DNA of 64,000 nucleotides, from the NCBI GenBank assembly GCA_035499005.1, contig DATJZQ010000009.1:5792-69791 (forward strand), written 5' to 3'. Below the pieces are notes generated by a model, which made no database searches, was not told the origin of the DNA, and was given only the letters and a program-made list of their open reading frames with translations. The stretch is from Burkholderiales bacterium. Lineage in GTDB: Bacteria > Pseudomonadota > Gammaproteobacteria > Burkholderiales > SHXO01. Position 1 is the first letter of the stretch. The number at the start of each line of letters is the position of its first letter. Below, piece after piece: positions 1 through 11,392 of this stretch. Position numbers and translations under genes: made by a program.

Positions 1-1
1 C

Positions 2-415
2 CCGATGTTCATCGCGGAATACAACGCAAAAGCGGGCAAATCGGTGCGCGTTATTCGCGAACGGGCGTGGGCTGCCCTGCGCGCCCACGACTGGCCCGGC
101 AACGTTCGCGAGCTGCGCAATGTAGTGGAGCGCTGCGTGCTGCTAGCCGACGCGCAGACCTTTGCCGACGAATGGCTGCAGCTGCGGCCGTCTTCCGACG
201 CGGCGCTGCCCGAAGCGTCGGCCGTCATGGACGCACTTCAGATTCGTCTGCCCCTGGACGGGAGCGTGAGCCTGGAGGAGATGGAGCGCAGGATCGTGAG
301 CGAAGCGCTGGAGCGCGCAGACCACAACGTCACCGCTGCTGCCCGACTGCTGGGGACGTCACGAGAGACGCTACGCTATCGCGTGAATAAATATGGGCTG
401 AAGTCCTCGGACTGA
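2..415 (+). CDS. sigma54-dependent (NtrC/Fis-family) transcriptional regulator, C-terminal fragment; 5' end lies outside the window
   Basis: Contains WPGNVRELRNVVERCVLL (end of the AAA+ sigma54-interaction domain) and a C-terminal Fis-type HTH (AAARLLGTSRETLRYRVNKYGL). The frame is open to the window edge. Confidence 0.85.
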   Translation, partial: PMFIAEYNAKAGKSVRVIRERAWAALRAHDWPGNVRELRNVVERCVLLADAQTFADEWLQLRPSSDAALPEASAVMDALQIRLPLDGSVSLEEMERRIVSEALERADHNVTAAARLLGTSRETLRYRVNKYGLKSSD

Positions 416-416
416 G

Positions 417-457
417 ATAAAACAAAAATCCCCCGCACCGTTTCCAGTGCGCGGGAT
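417..457 (-). terminator. Rho-independent terminator downstream of rpoD; may also terminate the convergent regulator gene
   Basis: Arms atcccccgcac (428-438) and gtgcgcgggat (447-457) pair at 10 of 11 positions around an 8-nt loop. On the minus strand the hairpin is followed by TTTTTGTTTTAT. Confidence 0.7.
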
Positions 458-527
458 TATCGTCTTAGGTCTCGCGTCCGTCAGGCGCTTGTCAATGCGT
501 CCTCTTGCGCCTGGCCGAGCGTCCCGG

Positions 528-2429
<1,902 letters not shown>

Positions 2430-2488
2430 GGCCACCCTTATCGACGAAATGGGCGAAAAACTGCGTAGTTTACTAAAAACACGCTCTA

Positions 2489-4246
2489 TCAGTGTGATTT
2501 GACCGTACTGCTGGCTGCCGGTGCCCGCGTCAGCAGGGTGCGTGCCTCCTCGCTCAGCTCCGCTGGGGAGGAAACGCCCTCCATGAACTGTACCCGCCGC
2601 GCTTCGTCGGCCTCGCTCAGGAGGGTCCGAACCGACCCCCGGACCTCGACCAGCAGCTCTTCCGCGCTGAACCGCTGCAGCTCGTGAACCACGGACATCA
2701 GGCTCTGCACAGTGACGCCATGTCCGCGGCCACGCAGCAGCTCGATTGCGCCCGCGACCGTCAGCTCGCCGTCGAGTGTGCGGTATTCCTCGATCAGATC
2801 GAACAAGGCACTGGCCTCTGCGCTCCGGGCCGGCGGAGACGGCAGGGTCAGCGGCAGGAGCTCGGCGATCAATTTGGGCTCGGCGAGAATCCTCTCGAGC
2901 AACCTGGCGTACGCGTCCGGTGCGCGCCGCGGCGCGCGCTGAGAGGCTGCGACCGGCGGGCTGGTTGGCCTCCATTCGAGACGTTCTTCCAGCTCGGCCT
3001 GCGAGATTCCGCCCAGCTCCGCCACGCGCTTGCGGATCATGAGTCCCAAGATGGGTGCGGAGATCTGTTTGACAAGCGGTTTTGCCTCCTGCACGAAGCG
3101 GGCGCGCCCCTCGGCGCTGCCCATATCGGCGCGCGCGGTCAGTTCCTTCAAGGCGAAAGTCGACAGCGGTAGAGCGGTTTCCGTCAGCAATCGCTCGAAG
3201 GGGGCTTTGCCTTCGCGGCGCACGAAGCTGTCGGGGTCGTCCGCTTCTGGCAGCAGCAGAAACTTGATTTGCTTGCCGTCTCGCAGCTGCGTCAGGCTGC
3301 CCTCCAGAGCGCGCCAGGCCGCGCGCCGCCCGGCTGCATCGCCGTCGAAGCAGAACACCACTTCGTCGGTGTGGCGAAGCAGTTTCTGCAGGTGCGACGC
3401 AGTTGTGGCGGTGCCGAGCGTCGCCACCGCATAGCCGATTCCGTACTGGGCCAGGGCGACGACATCCATGTAGCCTTCCACGACGACAATGCGCCCCGTA
3501 TCCCGGATCGCCTGTCGCGCCTGGAACAGGCCATACAACTCACGCCCCTTCTCGAACAGCGCCGTCTCCGGGGAATTGAGGTACTTGGGCTCCGCGGCGT
3601 CCAGCACGCGCCCCCCAAAACCGATGACCTGGCCGCGCAGACTGATGATGGGGAACATGATCCGGTCGCGAAAACGGTCATAGCGCTTGTCCTCGCTCTG
3701 GATCACCAAACCGGCATCCACCAAGGCCTTAGACTGATAGTCAGAGAACGCTGCGGCGAGATTCTGCCAGCCCGAAGGCGCGAATCCCAGCTGGAAGCGA
3801 GCCGCGATTTCTCCTGTCAGCCCGCGGCCCTTAAGGTATGCGATGGCTTTTTCGGAACGCTTGAGCTCCGACTTGTAGAACTGTGCGGCGCGCTGCAGTA
3901 GCTCAGTCAGCTCCTCGGACTGGACCTGCCGTGCGGCTTCCTGGGGACTTGGCGCGACCTCCGGCACCTTCATCCCGCAACGGCTGGCGAGGTCTTTAAC
4001 CGCCTCGACGAAGCCCATACCGACATACTCCATCAGAAAACCGATGGCGCTGCCGTGCGCGCCGCAGCCGAAGCAGTGATAGAACTGCTTGGTAGGGCTG
4101 ACGGTAAACGAAGGCGTTTTCTCGCCGTGGAAGGGGCAGCAGGCGACCAGATTCGAGCCCGCGCGGCGCAAGGGAACATAAGACTCGATGACGTCGACGA
4201 TGTCGGCTCGCCCCAGGAGCTCTTGAACGAAGGCTTTGGGAATCAT
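2489..4246 (-). CDS. dnaG: DNA primase DnaG
   Basis: Zinc-ribbon motif [30 protein letters not shown] and a TOPRIM region ([12 protein letters not shown]). Sits directly upstream of rpoD, as in the macromolecular-synthesis operon. Confidence 0.96.
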   Translation of the reverse strand: MIPKAFVQELLGRADIVDVIESYVPLRRAGSNLVACCPFHGEKTPSFTVSPTKQFYHCFGCGAHGSAIGFLMEYVGMGFVEAVKDLASRCGMKVPEVAPSPQEAARQVQSEELTELLQRAAQFYKSELKRSEKAIAYLKGRGLTGEIAARFQLGFAPSGWQNLAAAFSDYQSKALVDAGLVIQSEDKRYDRFRDRIMFPIISLRGQVIGFGGRVLDAAEPKYLNSPETALFEKGRELYGLFQARQAIRDTGRIVVVEGYMDVVALAQYGIGYAVATLGTATTASHLQKLLRHTDEVVFCFDGDAAGRRAAWRALEGSLTQLRDGKQIKFLLLPEADDPDSFVRREGKAPFERLLTETALPLSTFALKELTARADMGSAEGRARFVQEAKPLVKQISAPILGLMIRKRVAELGGISQAELEERLEWRPTSPPVAASQRAPRRAPDAYARLLERILAEPKLIAELLPLTLPSPPARSAEASALFDLIEEYRTLDGELTVAGAIELLRGRGHGVTVQSLMSVVHELQRFSAEELLVEVRGSVRTLLSEADEARRVQFMEGVSSPAELSEEARTLLTRAPAASSTVKSH

Positions 4247-4405
4247 CGCATCGGCCCGGGTCGGCTCACTCGAGGACAGAAACTGGTCCCCAACTCGCTT
4301 TCGCCGCCGCGCCCGCGGGACACCGCAGACGACCTGCGGCGCAACCCGGCACGCCGCGACGGCGTCGTCACATTATAGGTGGCTCAGCCGTCCTCTGCCC
4401 GAAAC

Positions 4406-4861
4406 TCAACCGGCCAACTTGGTCAGGGCTTCCTTAACCAACGCCGACACCTGCGCCATGTCGGCGCGCCCGGTCAGCTCACGCTTCAGCGCCGACATGA
4501 CCTTGCCCATGTCCTGTGCGGACTTGGCTCCTGCCGCCGCGATAGCCTGAGTCACTGTAGCTTCGATCTCGGCCGGACTCAGCCGGGCGGGCAGATAGCC
4601 GGTGAGGACCTGTACTTCGTGCTCCTCCGCAGCCACCAAGTCTTGCCGCCCAGCGGCCTGAAACTGGCTGATGGAGTCGCGCCGCTGCTTGAGCATCTTG
4701 TCGATCACGGCGACCACCTCAGCATCGCCCAGTTCTACGCGCTCGTCTACCTCACGCTGCTTGATTGCGGCGAGGAGCAAGCGCAGCGCCGATAGTCGTG
4801 CCGTCTCCTTGGCGCGAAGCGCGGCCTTCATGTCCTCCACAATGCGCTCTTTCAGTTTCAT
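4406..4861 (-). CDS. GatB/YqeY domain-containing protein
   Basis: 151 aa. MKLKERIVEDMKAALRAKE...LSALRLLLAAIKQREVDE is typical of the YqeY family. Located between rpsU and dnaG. Confidence 0.85.
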   Translation of the reverse strand: MKLKERIVEDMKAALRAKETARLSALRLLLAAIKQREVDERVELGDAEVVAVIDKMLKQRRDSISQFQAAGRQDLVAAEEHEVQVLTGYLPARLSPAEIEATVTQAIAAAGAKSAQDMGKVMSALKRELTGRADMAQVSALVKEALTKLAG

Positions 4862-4900
4862 GCGGACCTATCAGTGAACGTCGACAGGCTGAAACGCAGC

Positions 4901-4923
4901 GCGGCAGGGTGTTGCCCTGCCGC
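4901..4923 (-). terminator. Stem-loop between rpsU and yqeY; candidate attenuator or partial terminator
   Basis: Perfect 9-bp stem gcggcaggg / ccctgccgc with a 5-nt loop. On the minus strand only a weak T tract follows (GCTGCGTTTCAG). Confidence 0.4.
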
Positions 4924-4952
4924 GCACGGTCGACTCCGTGTAGCAATGCGGC

Positions 4953-5165
4953 CTAATACAGCCGCGGCGGCAACTGCTGGCCGCGCAATCGCTTGAAGTG
5001 CCTCTTGATGGCGGCCGCCTTCTTGCGCTTGCGCTCAGAGGTGGGTTTCTCGTAGAACTCGCGGGCCCGTAGCTCGGTCAGCAGGCCGGTCTTCTCGACG
5101 GTGCGCTTGAAGCGCCGCATCGCGACTTCGAATGGTTCGTTCTCCTTCACCCGCACGGTGGGCAT
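4953..5165 (-). CDS. rpsU: 30S ribosomal protein S21
   Basis: [52 protein letters not shown], 70 aa. Confidence 0.97.
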   Translation of the reverse strand: MPTVRVKENEPFEVAMRRFKRTVEKTGLLTELRAREFYEKPTSERKRKKAAAIKRHFKRLRGQQLPPRLY

Positions 5166-5225
5166 AATCCCGTTTCCCTCGGCTGCCCGGCTACCAACGC
5201 AGCCCGGCTTTTCGCAAAGTCGAGC

Positions 5226-5234
5226 ATTATATCA
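5226..5234 (-). promoter_or_regulatory. Candidate extended -10 promoter element for rpsU
   Basis: The minus strand reads cTGaTATAATgctc, a consensus TATAAT preceded by TGn, about 60 nt upstream of the rpsU ATG. No good -35 element is present. Confidence 0.45.
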
Positions 5235-5280
5235 GAAGCGGCCGGGCGTGCCGTTCCACCGTACTGCAAACCGAATAAAC

Positions 5281-6318
5281 ATGCTGGTGCTGGGCATCGA
5301 AACCTCCTGCGACGAGACCGGGGTGGCGCTGTACGAGACGGGGCACGCAGCGCACGGCGTACATCCGGGTCTCCTCGCGCACGCGCTGTATTCTCAGGTA
5401 TCGATGCATGCCGATTTCGGCGGGGTCGTGCCGGAGCTCGCTTCCCGCGACCACATCGCTCGGCTCCTCCCCCTGGTGCGCCAGGTCCTGTCGCAGAGCG
5501 GTCGCAGCCTGGAGGACCTGGGCGGCATCGCCTTCACGCAAGGCCCAGGCCTGGCCGGGGCTCTGCTGGTTGGAGCCGCAGTCGCCACCGCGATGGCCTA
5601 TGCCCTGCGCATACCCGTGGTCGGGGTGCATCATCTAGAAGGTCACCTGCTTTCGCCGCTGCTTTCGGGCGACCCCCCTCGATTTCCGTTCGTCGCGCTG
5701 CTCGTCTCCGGCGGGCACACTCAGCTGATGCGGGTAGACGACTTCGGACGCTACGTCCTGCTGGGCGAGACCGTGGACGACGCCGCTGGAGAGGCCTTCG
5801 ACAAGACCGCGCAGCTGCTCGGGCTCGGCTACCCGGGCGGTCCGGCGATAGCTCGTCTGGCCGAGCGCGGCAACCCGGAGCGGATCAAGCTTCCGCGTCC
5901 GATGCTGGGCACGTCCGACCTCAACTTCAGCTTCAGCGGGCTCAAGACCGCCGCGCTGACGGCCCTGCGCCGCGGGCCTGCAGATGCGCAGTTGCGCGCG
6001 GACCTTGCCGCTGGCGTGGAGGCAGCCATCGTCGACGTGCTCGCCAGCAAAGCGGTCGCCGCTCTCGAATCAGCCGGACTGGATCAGCTGGTGGTCGCGG
6101 GCGGGGTGGGAGCCAATGCCAAGCTCCGTGCACGACTCCACGAGGAAGCAAACGCGCGAGGCTTTACGGCACGCTATCCGGAGCTGGAATTCTGCACGGA
6201 CAACGGCGCGATGATCGCCTTCGCCGGGGCGCTCCGTCTGCTGCACGCGCCGCATCGCGGCCTGGAGTTCAACGTGCGCGCGCGCTGGGAGCTCGAGCAG
6301 CTCGCGCCGCCGGCTTAA
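5281..6318 (+). CDS. tsaD: tRNA N6-adenosine threonylcarbamoyltransferase TsaD (Gcp)
   Basis: [19 protein letters not shown]..., [16 protein letters not shown]. The track ORF starting at 5101 is an upstream extension overlapping rpsU. Confidence 0.95.
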   Translation: MLVLGIETSCDETGVALYETGHAAHGVHPGLLAHALYSQVSMHADFGGVVPELASRDHIARLLPLVRQVLSQSGRSLEDLGGIAFTQGPGLAGALLVGAAVATAMAYALRIPVVGVHHLEGHLLSPLLSGDPPRFPFVALLVSGGHTQLMRVDDFGRYVLLGETVDDAAGEAFDKTAQLLGLGYPGGPAIARLAERGNPERIKLPRPMLGTSDLNFSFSGLKTAALTALRRGPADAQLRADLAAGVEAAIVDVLASKAVAALESAGLDQLVVAGGVGANAKLRARLHEEANARGFTARYPELEFCTDNGAMIAFAGALRLLHAPHRGLEFNVRARWELEQLAPPA

Positions 6319-6947
6319 CCGACACGCGGCGCATCGGGGCGACGCAGGTTCAGCTTGCTTTCGGTTCCGAGGTGCAGGCGCTGGATGTTGGCGCGGTGGC
6401 GCCAGACGACCAGCGCCGCTATCGCCAGCACCGCCGCGGTCCGTGCGCCCCAACCCGACATCAGCGCACTCATCACAGCGGCAGCGCCCGCCGCCAGGAT
6501 GCTGGCCAGAGAGACGTAGCGAGACAGCATCACGACCAGCAGGAACACGGCCACGGCGACCAGCGCAGCCCACGGACTCAGGGCCAGCAGAGCGCCGAAC
6601 GACGTAGCGACTCCCTTGCCGCCTTTGAACTCGAAGAACACCGGATAGAGGTGGCCCAAAACGACAGCCAGGGCGCAGAGGGCTACGGTAACGGGTCCGA
6701 ATCCGAGAGTTGGCGCAAGGAGGCGAGCCAGCAGTACAGCGGCCACGCCCTTCGCGGCGTCGCCGAGGAGCGTGAACAACGCGGCCGCCAGCTTGCCGCT
6801 GCGCAGCACATTAGCGGCGCCGGGATTACCCGAGCCGTAGGTGCGCGGGTCCGGAAGACCGAAGATGCGGCTCGCGAGCACGGCAAATGAAACCGAGCCG
6901 ATCAGGTACGCGCCGATCACGCACATGAGAGAGGTCATGTGCCGCAT
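6315..6947 (-). CDS. plsY: Glycerol-3-phosphate acyltransferase PlsY
   Basis: [39 protein letters not shown] and FKGGKGVAT motifs, in a multi-TM protein. The start could instead be the ATG at 6938. Confidence 0.93.
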   Translation of the reverse strand: MRHMTSLMCVIGAYLIGSVSFAVLASRIFGLPDPRTYGSGNPGAANVLRSGKLAAALFTLLGDAAKGVAAVLLARLLAPTLGFGPVTVALCALAVVLGHLYPVFFEFKGGKGVATSFGALLALSPWAALVAVAVFLLVVMLSRYVSLASILAAGAAAVMSALMSGWGARTAAVLAIAALVVWRHRANIQRLHLGTESKLNLRRPDAPRVG

Positions 6948-6990
6948 CTTACGCTGTCCGTCGCTGCCAACGGGCAGCCTCGATGCTCGC

Positions 6991-7923
6991 TCAGCCTCTC
7001 GGGTGGTGTTTTGCGTGCAGCTGCTTCAACCGCTCGCGCGCGACGTGTGTGTAGATCTGCGTCGTCGAGATGTCTGCGTGCCCGAGAAGCAGCTGCACCA
7101 CACGCAGGTCCGCGCCGTGGTTGAGCAGATGCGTGGCGAACGCGTGGCGCAGCGTGTGCGGGGACAACGCGGTGCGGATACCGGCCTGAACCGCATAACG
7201 CCGGATCAGGTGCCAGAAAGCCTGACGCGTCATCGCCTCGCCGCGCGCGGTGACGAACAGGGCGTTGCTGCGCCGTTGACCGAGCAATGCCGGGCGCGCG
7301 TCGCGCGCGTAGCGACGCACCCAGTCGAGTGCGACCTCGCCCACTGGGACCAGCCGCTCCTTGCTGCCCTTGCCGAGGATGCGCACGACGCCCATGTCCT
7401 GGGAAAGCTGCGCCACGCTGAGCGTCACCAGCTCCGACACGCGCAGCCCACTGGCATAGAGCACCTCGAGCATCGCGCGGTCGCGTAAGCCGCGCGGCGC
7501 GCTCACGGCTGGAGCGGCCAAGAGCTGCTCCACGTCGCGCTCCATTAGGGTCTTCGGGAGCCCGCGTGCGCGCTTGGGCGCGTCAATGTTGAGGGTCGGG
7601 TCGGCCTGCAGCTTGCCCTGACGCACGGCGAACTGATAGAAGCGCTTGAGGCTCGAGTGCAGCCGGGCGGTCGAGCTCGCCCGAGCCTTGGCTTGAAAGC
7701 GCGCAGCCAGATAGCCGAGCAGATCGGCATGGCCCGCTTCTAGCAGGCCCAGGGAGCGCGTTTCGCGCAGCCAGCCTGCGAACTGACGCAGGTCTCGCCG
7801 GTAGCTGTCGAGGGTGTTGCGCGCCAGACCGTCTTCCAGCCACAGCGCATCGCTGAATTCGTCGAGCAGCGCCTGCGCGCGCTGCTCCAACGCGGACAAC
7901 AGGGACGCGCTACTCGACGGCAC
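6991..7923 (-). CDS. xerD: Site-specific tyrosine recombinase XerD
   Basis: 310 aa. C-terminal catalytic region LSPHTLRHAFATHLLNHGADLRVVQLLLGHADISTTQIYTHV; N-terminal SAM-like core-binding domain. Confidence 0.9.
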   Translation of the reverse strand: MPSSSASLLSALEQRAQALLDEFSDALWLEDGLARNTLDSYRRDLRQFAGWLRETRSLGLLEAGHADLLGYLAARFQAKARASSTARLHSSLKRFYQFAVRQGKLQADPTLNIDAPKRARGLPKTLMERDVEQLLAAPAVSAPRGLRDRAMLEVLYASGLRVSELVTLSVAQLSQDMGVVRILGKGSKERLVPVGEVALDWVRRYARDARPALLGQRRSNALFVTARGEAMTRQAFWHLIRRYAVQAGIRTALSPHTLRHAFATHLLNHGADLRVVQLLLGHADISTTQIYTHVARERLKQLHAKHHPRG

Positions 7924-8425
7924 CTTCGTGACGCAGCAGCCAGCGCTTGATCTGGAGCGGCTGGCCGCTGCGGCTGTGCATGAATCCCCCGAGCCCGGCG
8001 CTTCCGACCACCCGGTGGCACGGAATGAGTAGCGGGATCCGGTTCGCGCCGCACGCTGTCCCGACCGGGCGCGGCGCAGAGCCGATCCGGCGCGCCACTT
8101 CCAGGTAACTCAGAACGCGGCCGCGCGGAATCGCCCGCACCGCTTCCCATACCCGTTGCTGGTAGGCGGTACCCTGCCACTCGAACGGCAGGTCAAGGGC
8201 AAAGCTCGGATCGTCGAGGTATCTGGCGAGCTGGCGACAAACCTCTCGCGCGAAGCGGTCGATCGGGTTCAGGGTGGCCGCTTCCAGCGGCAGGTATTCA
8301 ATACCGGTCAGCAGCTCGCCGCGCGTGCGGATCCCCAGCACGGCAAACGGCCCCTTCAATCTTGCGCTGTAACCTTCGAGCATCGCGTCCGGCCATCGGC
8401 TGGCAACGGCGCTTGCCCGCTTCAT
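7910..8425 (-). CDS. ogt: Methylated-DNA--protein-cysteine methyltransferase (Ogt/MGMT family)
   Basis: Active-site motif IPCHRVVGSAGLGGF, and the preceding helix-turn-helix YLEVARRIGSAPRPVGTACGANRIPLL. Confidence 0.88.
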   Translation of the reverse strand: MKRASAVASRWPDAMLEGYSARLKGPFAVLGIRTRGELLTGIEYLPLEAATLNPIDRFAREVCRQLARYLDDPSFALDLPFEWQGTAYQQRVWEAVRAIPRGRVLSYLEVARRIGSAPRPVGTACGANRIPLLIPCHRVVGSAGLGGFMHSRSGQPLQIKRWLLRHEGAVE

Positions 8426-8464
8426 CGCTGAGCCGGATCAGCGGGGGTGCCAGCGGTCTCTGCC

Positions 8465-8863
8465 CTATTCCTCGCTGCCAGCAGAGTCCTGCTCGCCGCC
8501 ACGATCGACGCTGTGCAGCCTCTCGCGGATACGGGCCGACTTGCCAGAGCGCTGGCGCAGATAATACAGCTTGGCGCGCCGCACATCTCCGCGCCGCTTG
8601 ACCTCGATGCTGGCGATGAGCGGTGAGTAGGTTTGAAACGTCCGCTCGACTCCTTCGCCAGAGGAGATCTTGCGCACGATGAACGAAGAGTTGAGTCCCC
8701 GGTTGCGCTTGGCGATCACCACGCCCTCATACGCCTGTACGCGCTTGCGATCGCCCTCGACCACGTTGAGGTTCACCACCACGGTGTCCCCGGGCGCAAA
8801 GGCCGGAACGGTCTTGCCAAGGCGGGTGATTTCTTCCTGCTCGATGGTTTGAATCAGATTCAT
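8465..8863 (-). CDS. rplS: 50S ribosomal protein L19
   Basis: [68 protein letters not shown] at 8863; the track ORF is extended by 14 aa. Confidence 0.96.
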   Translation of the reverse strand: MNLIQTIEQEEITRLGKTVPAFAPGDTVVVNLNVVEGDRKRVQAYEGVVIAKRNRGLNSSFIVRKISSGEGVERTFQTYSPLIASIEVKRRGDVRRAKLYYLRQRSGKSARIRERLHSVDRGGEQDSAGSEE

Positions 8864-8889
8864 TTTCGTGCTCCCGAACGCCAAAGATG

Positions 8890-9678
8890 TCAGTGCCGCT
8901 CGCACGCGGCCACGCCCTCTTGCTGCTGGTGCGCCTCGCGCCGGTATTCATCCAGCAATGCCCGCTGCTCCGCGTCCAACGTCATCCTTGCGAGCAGCTC
9001 CGGCCGGCGCGCCCAAGTGCGACCCAGCGACTGCTTGAGGCGCCAGCGTTCGATGTCGGCGTGGTTGCCTGACATAAGGACGGGTGGAACCGGCATTCCT
9101 TCGTATACCTCGGGCCGCGTGTAGTGCGGGCAGTCCAGCAGGCCGCGCACGAACGATTCCTGCATCGCCGATGCGGCGTCGCCGAGCACCCCCGGTATCT
9201 GGCGGATCAGCGCATCCATCAGCACCATCGCCGGCAGCTCCCCTCCGGACAGCACATAGTCGCCGATCGACAGCTCGTAGTCGGCCTCGCGCGTCACCAC
9301 GCGCTCGTCGACGCCTTCGTAGCGCCCGGCGAGCAGGATCAACCCTTCGCGGCGGCCCAGCTCGAGCACCAGGGCGTGGTCCAGCACTCGCCCCTGCGGC
9401 GTGAAGTACACCACTTTCGGCTCCTGCACTCCGCAGCTGCGCTGGCGCTGGCGCGCCGCCTTCAGCGCTTTGTCCAGCGGCTCCGCCATCATCACCATGC
9501 CGGGCCCGCCGCCATACGGCCGGTCATCCACGGAACGATATGCATTGGTGCTGAAGTCGCGCGGGTTCCACAGCACCAGCTCAAACAGCCGCCCTTCGAA
9601 CGCTCGCCGCGTCACGCCCGAGCGAGTAATGGCGTCGAACATTTCCGGAAACAACGTGATCGCGTCGAAATAGATCAC
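8890..9678 (-). CDS. trmD: tRNA (guanine37-N1)-methyltransferase TrmD
   Basis: [16 protein letters not shown]..., [24 protein letters not shown] prefer the GTG at 9678, which forms a GTGA overlap with the rimM stop; the track begins at the TTG at 9693. Confidence 0.93.
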   Translation of the reverse strand: MIYFDAITLFPEMFDAITRSGVTRRAFEGRLFELVLWNPRDFSTNAYRSVDDRPYGGGPGMVMMAEPLDKALKAARQRQRSCGVQEPKVVYFTPQGRVLDHALVLELGRREGLILLAGRYEGVDERVVTREADYELSIGDYVLSGGELPAMVLMDALIRQIPGVLGDAASAMQESFVRGLLDCPHYTRPEVYEGMPVPPVLMSGNHADIERWRLKQSLGRTWARRPELLARMTLDAEQRALLDEYRREAHQQQEGVAACERH

Positions 9679-10166
9679 AAGTCTGCAGACCAATCCACGA
9701 TGAGCCGACCGCCGCTCAGGTCAACCGATTCGATCACCGGCTCGGCGAAAGGAATCAGCCGTTCGCGCTCACCTCGCACCACAAGCACGTGGCTCGCGCC
9801 TGTCTCCATCAGCCCGGTTACGCGGCCCAAGGGCACGCCCTCCCGATTCATCACCCCCAAACCGATAAGATCGGCCCAGTAGTACTCGCCGTCCGTATTC
9901 GCCGGCAGCGCGCTGCGCGGAAGCGCGACCTCCATCCCCTTGAGACGGGCGGCGGCGTCGCGATCATCGCAGCCATACAGCTTGGCAATGAGCGAGCGCC
10001 CATGCACGGCGCCGTCCTCCACCCGGCTGTTGTCCCAGCGCCCTTCCCGCCCCACCCACCACGCGCGGTATTCGAGCAAGGCATCGACGTTCCGCGTAAA
10101 GGGCCGGATCTTGATCCAGCCCTTTACCCCGAACGGGGCCGCCACACGCCCCATCACGATCATCAT
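9675..10166 (-). CDS. rimM: 16S rRNA processing protein RimM
   Basis: [20 protein letters not shown]... with a PRC-barrel C-terminus. Position between rpsP and trmD. Confidence 0.92.
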   Translation of the reverse strand: MMIVMGRVAAPFGVKGWIKIRPFTRNVDALLEYRAWWVGREGRWDNSRVEDGAVHGRSLIAKLYGCDDRDAAARLKGMEVALPRSALPANTDGEYYWADLIGLGVMNREGVPLGRVTGLMETGASHVLVVRGERERLIPFAEPVIESVDLSGGRLIVDWSADL

Positions 10167-10208
10167 CGGGCGGTCACCCCTCCGCCGTGTGACGCGTGAC
10201 GGCGACCC

Positions 10209-10493
10209 TCAGGACTGGTTCGGGCTGGCCGGCGCGGGTGCCCCCTGTGTCGCGGCGGCCGCTTGCCTGACCAGCCGGGCGACTGTGTCGCTGAGCTTCG
10301 CCCCCTGGCTCTGCCAGTGGGTCACGCGCTCGACCGAGATGCGCAGCGATTCCCGCCCTGCCGGCGCTTTGGGGTCATAAAAGCCCACCCGCTCGATGAA
10401 GCGGCCATCGCGGGCGCTCCTCGAATCGGCCACGACCACGTTGAAAAACGGCCGCTTCTTGGCCCCCCCACGCGCAAGTCTGATCACCACCAT
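10209..10493 (-). CDS. rpsP: 30S ribosomal protein S16
   Basis: [44 protein letters not shown] at 10493; the track ORF is extended upstream. Confidence 0.96.
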   Translation of the reverse strand: MVVIRLARGGAKKRPFFNVVVADSRSARDGRFIERVGFYDPKAPAGRESLRISVERVTHWQSQGAKLSDTVARLVRQAAAATQGAPAPASPNQS

Positions 10494-10580
10494 ATGTTTC
10501 ACCCCACAAGCGAAGCCGGCGATTTTAAGCTGCTTTTCCGGGCATTTGCAAGCGTGCGGCAGCACCCCGCAACACCCGCT

Positions 10581-11333
10581 TCAGCGGGTCTGGGCTGCGG
10601 TGGGATTGCCGCCGTGGAAGACGCGGTCGAGGAAGCCCACGACGATCCTGGTGAGCTCGTCTTCCTTGCCTTCGAAGAAATGCAGCGCTTCGGGCACGAC
10701 AATCTGATCCGATCCTTTGATCTTCATGATCTGCTGCCGGCGCTCGTAGGCACCGACCTGGGTCACCTCCCAGTCCTTGCTTCCGAATACATCGAGCACC
10801 GGCATCTTGATGCGAAACATCTCCTCGAGACCGTTGATGATGCCGATGAAGACCCAGGCCTTGACCGTCTTGTCGTTGGTGTCGATGAGATACTGATTGG
10901 CCATGGTGGCGCCGAGGCTGTGCGACACGATCGCGATGTTCTTGTAGCCCTTCGCCTTCAGATAGTCGACCGCCAGCTGAAATCGCTCACGCGCGTCCGG
11001 GTAGGTCGGGAGGTAGTCGCCGATCTTGGCGCCTCCGCCGAGCACCGGCAGCTGAATAGCCAGAGTGGTGTAGCCGCTCTCCGCCAGCTTGACGCGCAGC
11101 ATCCCATACAATTCGTAGTCGGGACTCCAGCCGCGCCCGTGCGCGACGATCGCAGCGCCACGCGCGTCCTTGGCCTCGGTGTACAGGCCGAGGAACTTGT
11201 GACCGTTCTTCTGCTCGAGCCAAACCGCATCGCCGATCATCAGAGACGGCAGAATCTGGTCGGCCCAGCGCTGCTCACGTTCGTAGTCCTGGCTGCAGGC
11301 GAGCCCCGGCAGGCACAACAGCAGCGCTAGCAT
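10581..11333 (-). CDS. Alpha/beta-hydrolase-fold protein, probable lipoprotein
   Basis: MLALLLCLPGLAC is a signal peptide with a lipobox-like sequence. Nucleophile-elbow-like VSHSLGA. Inserted between ffh and rpsP. The track start at 11396 would overlap ffh; I prefer the Met at 11333. Confidence 0.7.
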   Translation of the reverse strand: MLALLLCLPGLACSQDYEREQRWADQILPSLMIGDAVWLEQKNGHKFLGLYTEAKDARGAAIVAHGRGWSPDYELYGMLRVKLAESGYTTLAIQLPVLGGGAKIGDYLPTYPDARERFQLAVDYLKAKGYKNIAIVSHSLGATMANQYLIDTNDKTVKAWVFIGIINGLEEMFRIKMPVLDVFGSKDWEVTQVGAYERRQQIMKIKGSDQIVVPEALHFFEGKEDELTRIVVGFLDRVFHGGNPTAAQTR

Positions 11334-11392
11334 TGCTCGTCGCGCAGCCGCCTCCGACCAAGCAGGCCAGATCGCTGAGCCAGCGCTTGGGC

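Noticed and set aside
2430-2975. N-terminal extensions in the ORF track: rpoD 815 aa, secA 947 aa, murB 440 aa, tsaD 405 aa, coaE 293 aa, pilV 205 aa, murD 495 aa
   Set aside because: The extensions overlap the upstream gene, are Arg/Gly/Pro-rich, and precede the canonical conserved N-termini (for example MAKEPKV for RpoD and [11 protein letters not shown] for SecA). Internal ATGs give family-typical lengths.
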